Below the pieces are notes generated by a model. It worked only from the letters and a program-made list of their open reading frames with translations, was not told the origin of the DNA and ran no database searches. A stretch of 64,000 nt of DNA from the human T2T-CHM13v2.0 reference genome, Homo sapiens, in assembly GCF_009914755.1 (NCBI RefSeq), contig NC_060940.1; one strand, given 5' to 3'. Below, in pieces: positions 63,224 through 64,000 of this stretch (the stretch's first letter is position 1; each line of letters opens with the position of its first letter). Made by a program: the position numbers and the translations under genes.

Positions 63224-63635
63224 TGTTACAGACTGAATTATGGGCCCCCCTCAATCTCCTAGAATTCATATATTGAAATCCCAAGTCCCAGTGCCTCAGA
63301 ATGCAAGCGGGCTTGGAGATATGGTTTTTGCAGAAATCATTAAGTTAAAATGAAGACATTAGAGTGGGCCCTATTCTTAATTCTAAAAGCTGGTGTTCCA
63401 ATTACAGGTGGAAGGTTTTGACACAGACACACATGGAGGGAAGAGAATTGTGAAGCCATGGGGAAAAGACAGCCATCTGCAAGCCCAGGAGAGAGGCCTA
63501 GAGCAGACCCTTCCCCCACAGCCCTCAGAAGGACCAGCCCTGCGGACACCTTGACCTGGATTTCCAGGCTCCAGAACTGTGAGAAAATAAATTTCTGTTG
63601 CTTTAAGTGACTGCAATCTGAGCATACTAATACCT
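63224..63635. mobile_element. MLT1-type MaLR LTR
   Basis: cagccatctgcaagcc.aggagagaggcc...ccagaactgtgagaaaataaatttctgttg. Confidence 0.8.
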
Positions 63636-64000
63636 GGGCCATCGCAGCTGCCTTACCGATGATGATTCAGAGGCCTAAGGTGTCCTGATGCTGAGCTCTA
63701 CACACCAAGACGGTGCCTCTGAAGCTAACAGTGCCAACTCCAGAAACCACAGACTAACCAGTTGTTTGGTGCTTACACACCCCACATCTGTCCTAGATAC
63801 CCTGGAGGCACAGCACCAGGCTTCCTCCCCAGCAAATCTCAGTGGAAGGTGTGAAATTGGAGCCTTCTTGGCCAATTGGTCTGAGGTTGAGTTGACCTCC
63901 TGCCTTTCTCTCGACAATTCTCTGGCCAGGGAAGGTTTTCCTGGGAAATCCTCACTCATGTGTGGACTTGTGGAGGCTGTGCTCACCCAGACCGCCTGTT

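Overview
Primate (human-like) genomic DNA, rich in Alu, L1, LTR, MIR, L2 and DNA-transposon relics. There is no bacterial system, CRISPR array or rRNA/tRNA. Two gene-derived units lie on the minus strand. (1) A 10-exon, intron-containing paralog of cyclin Y-like 1 (about 38.3 kb to 10.66 kb). I reconstructed it exon by exon: all 9 introns are GT-AG, and the frame is open from the 3' part of exon 1 to the native stop, giving 285 aa from an internal ATG. Its lesions are concentrated in exon 1, whose 5' part is tandemly duplicated. Both ancestral 'MGN' starts are frameshifted, one lies inside a quasi-palindrome, and an A15 tract decides whether a new upstream ATG is in frame. (2) About 7 kb upstream on the same strand is an old, internally deleted, intronless SALL3-like retrocopy (about 45.0-46.9 kb). 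It has lost its intact zinc fingers but remains CpG-rich and carries a 173-aa ATG ORF. An orphan CpG-rich region lies at about 7.1-8.5 kb. Homology and repeat-subfamily calls come from recalled protein and consensus sequences, not from database searches.
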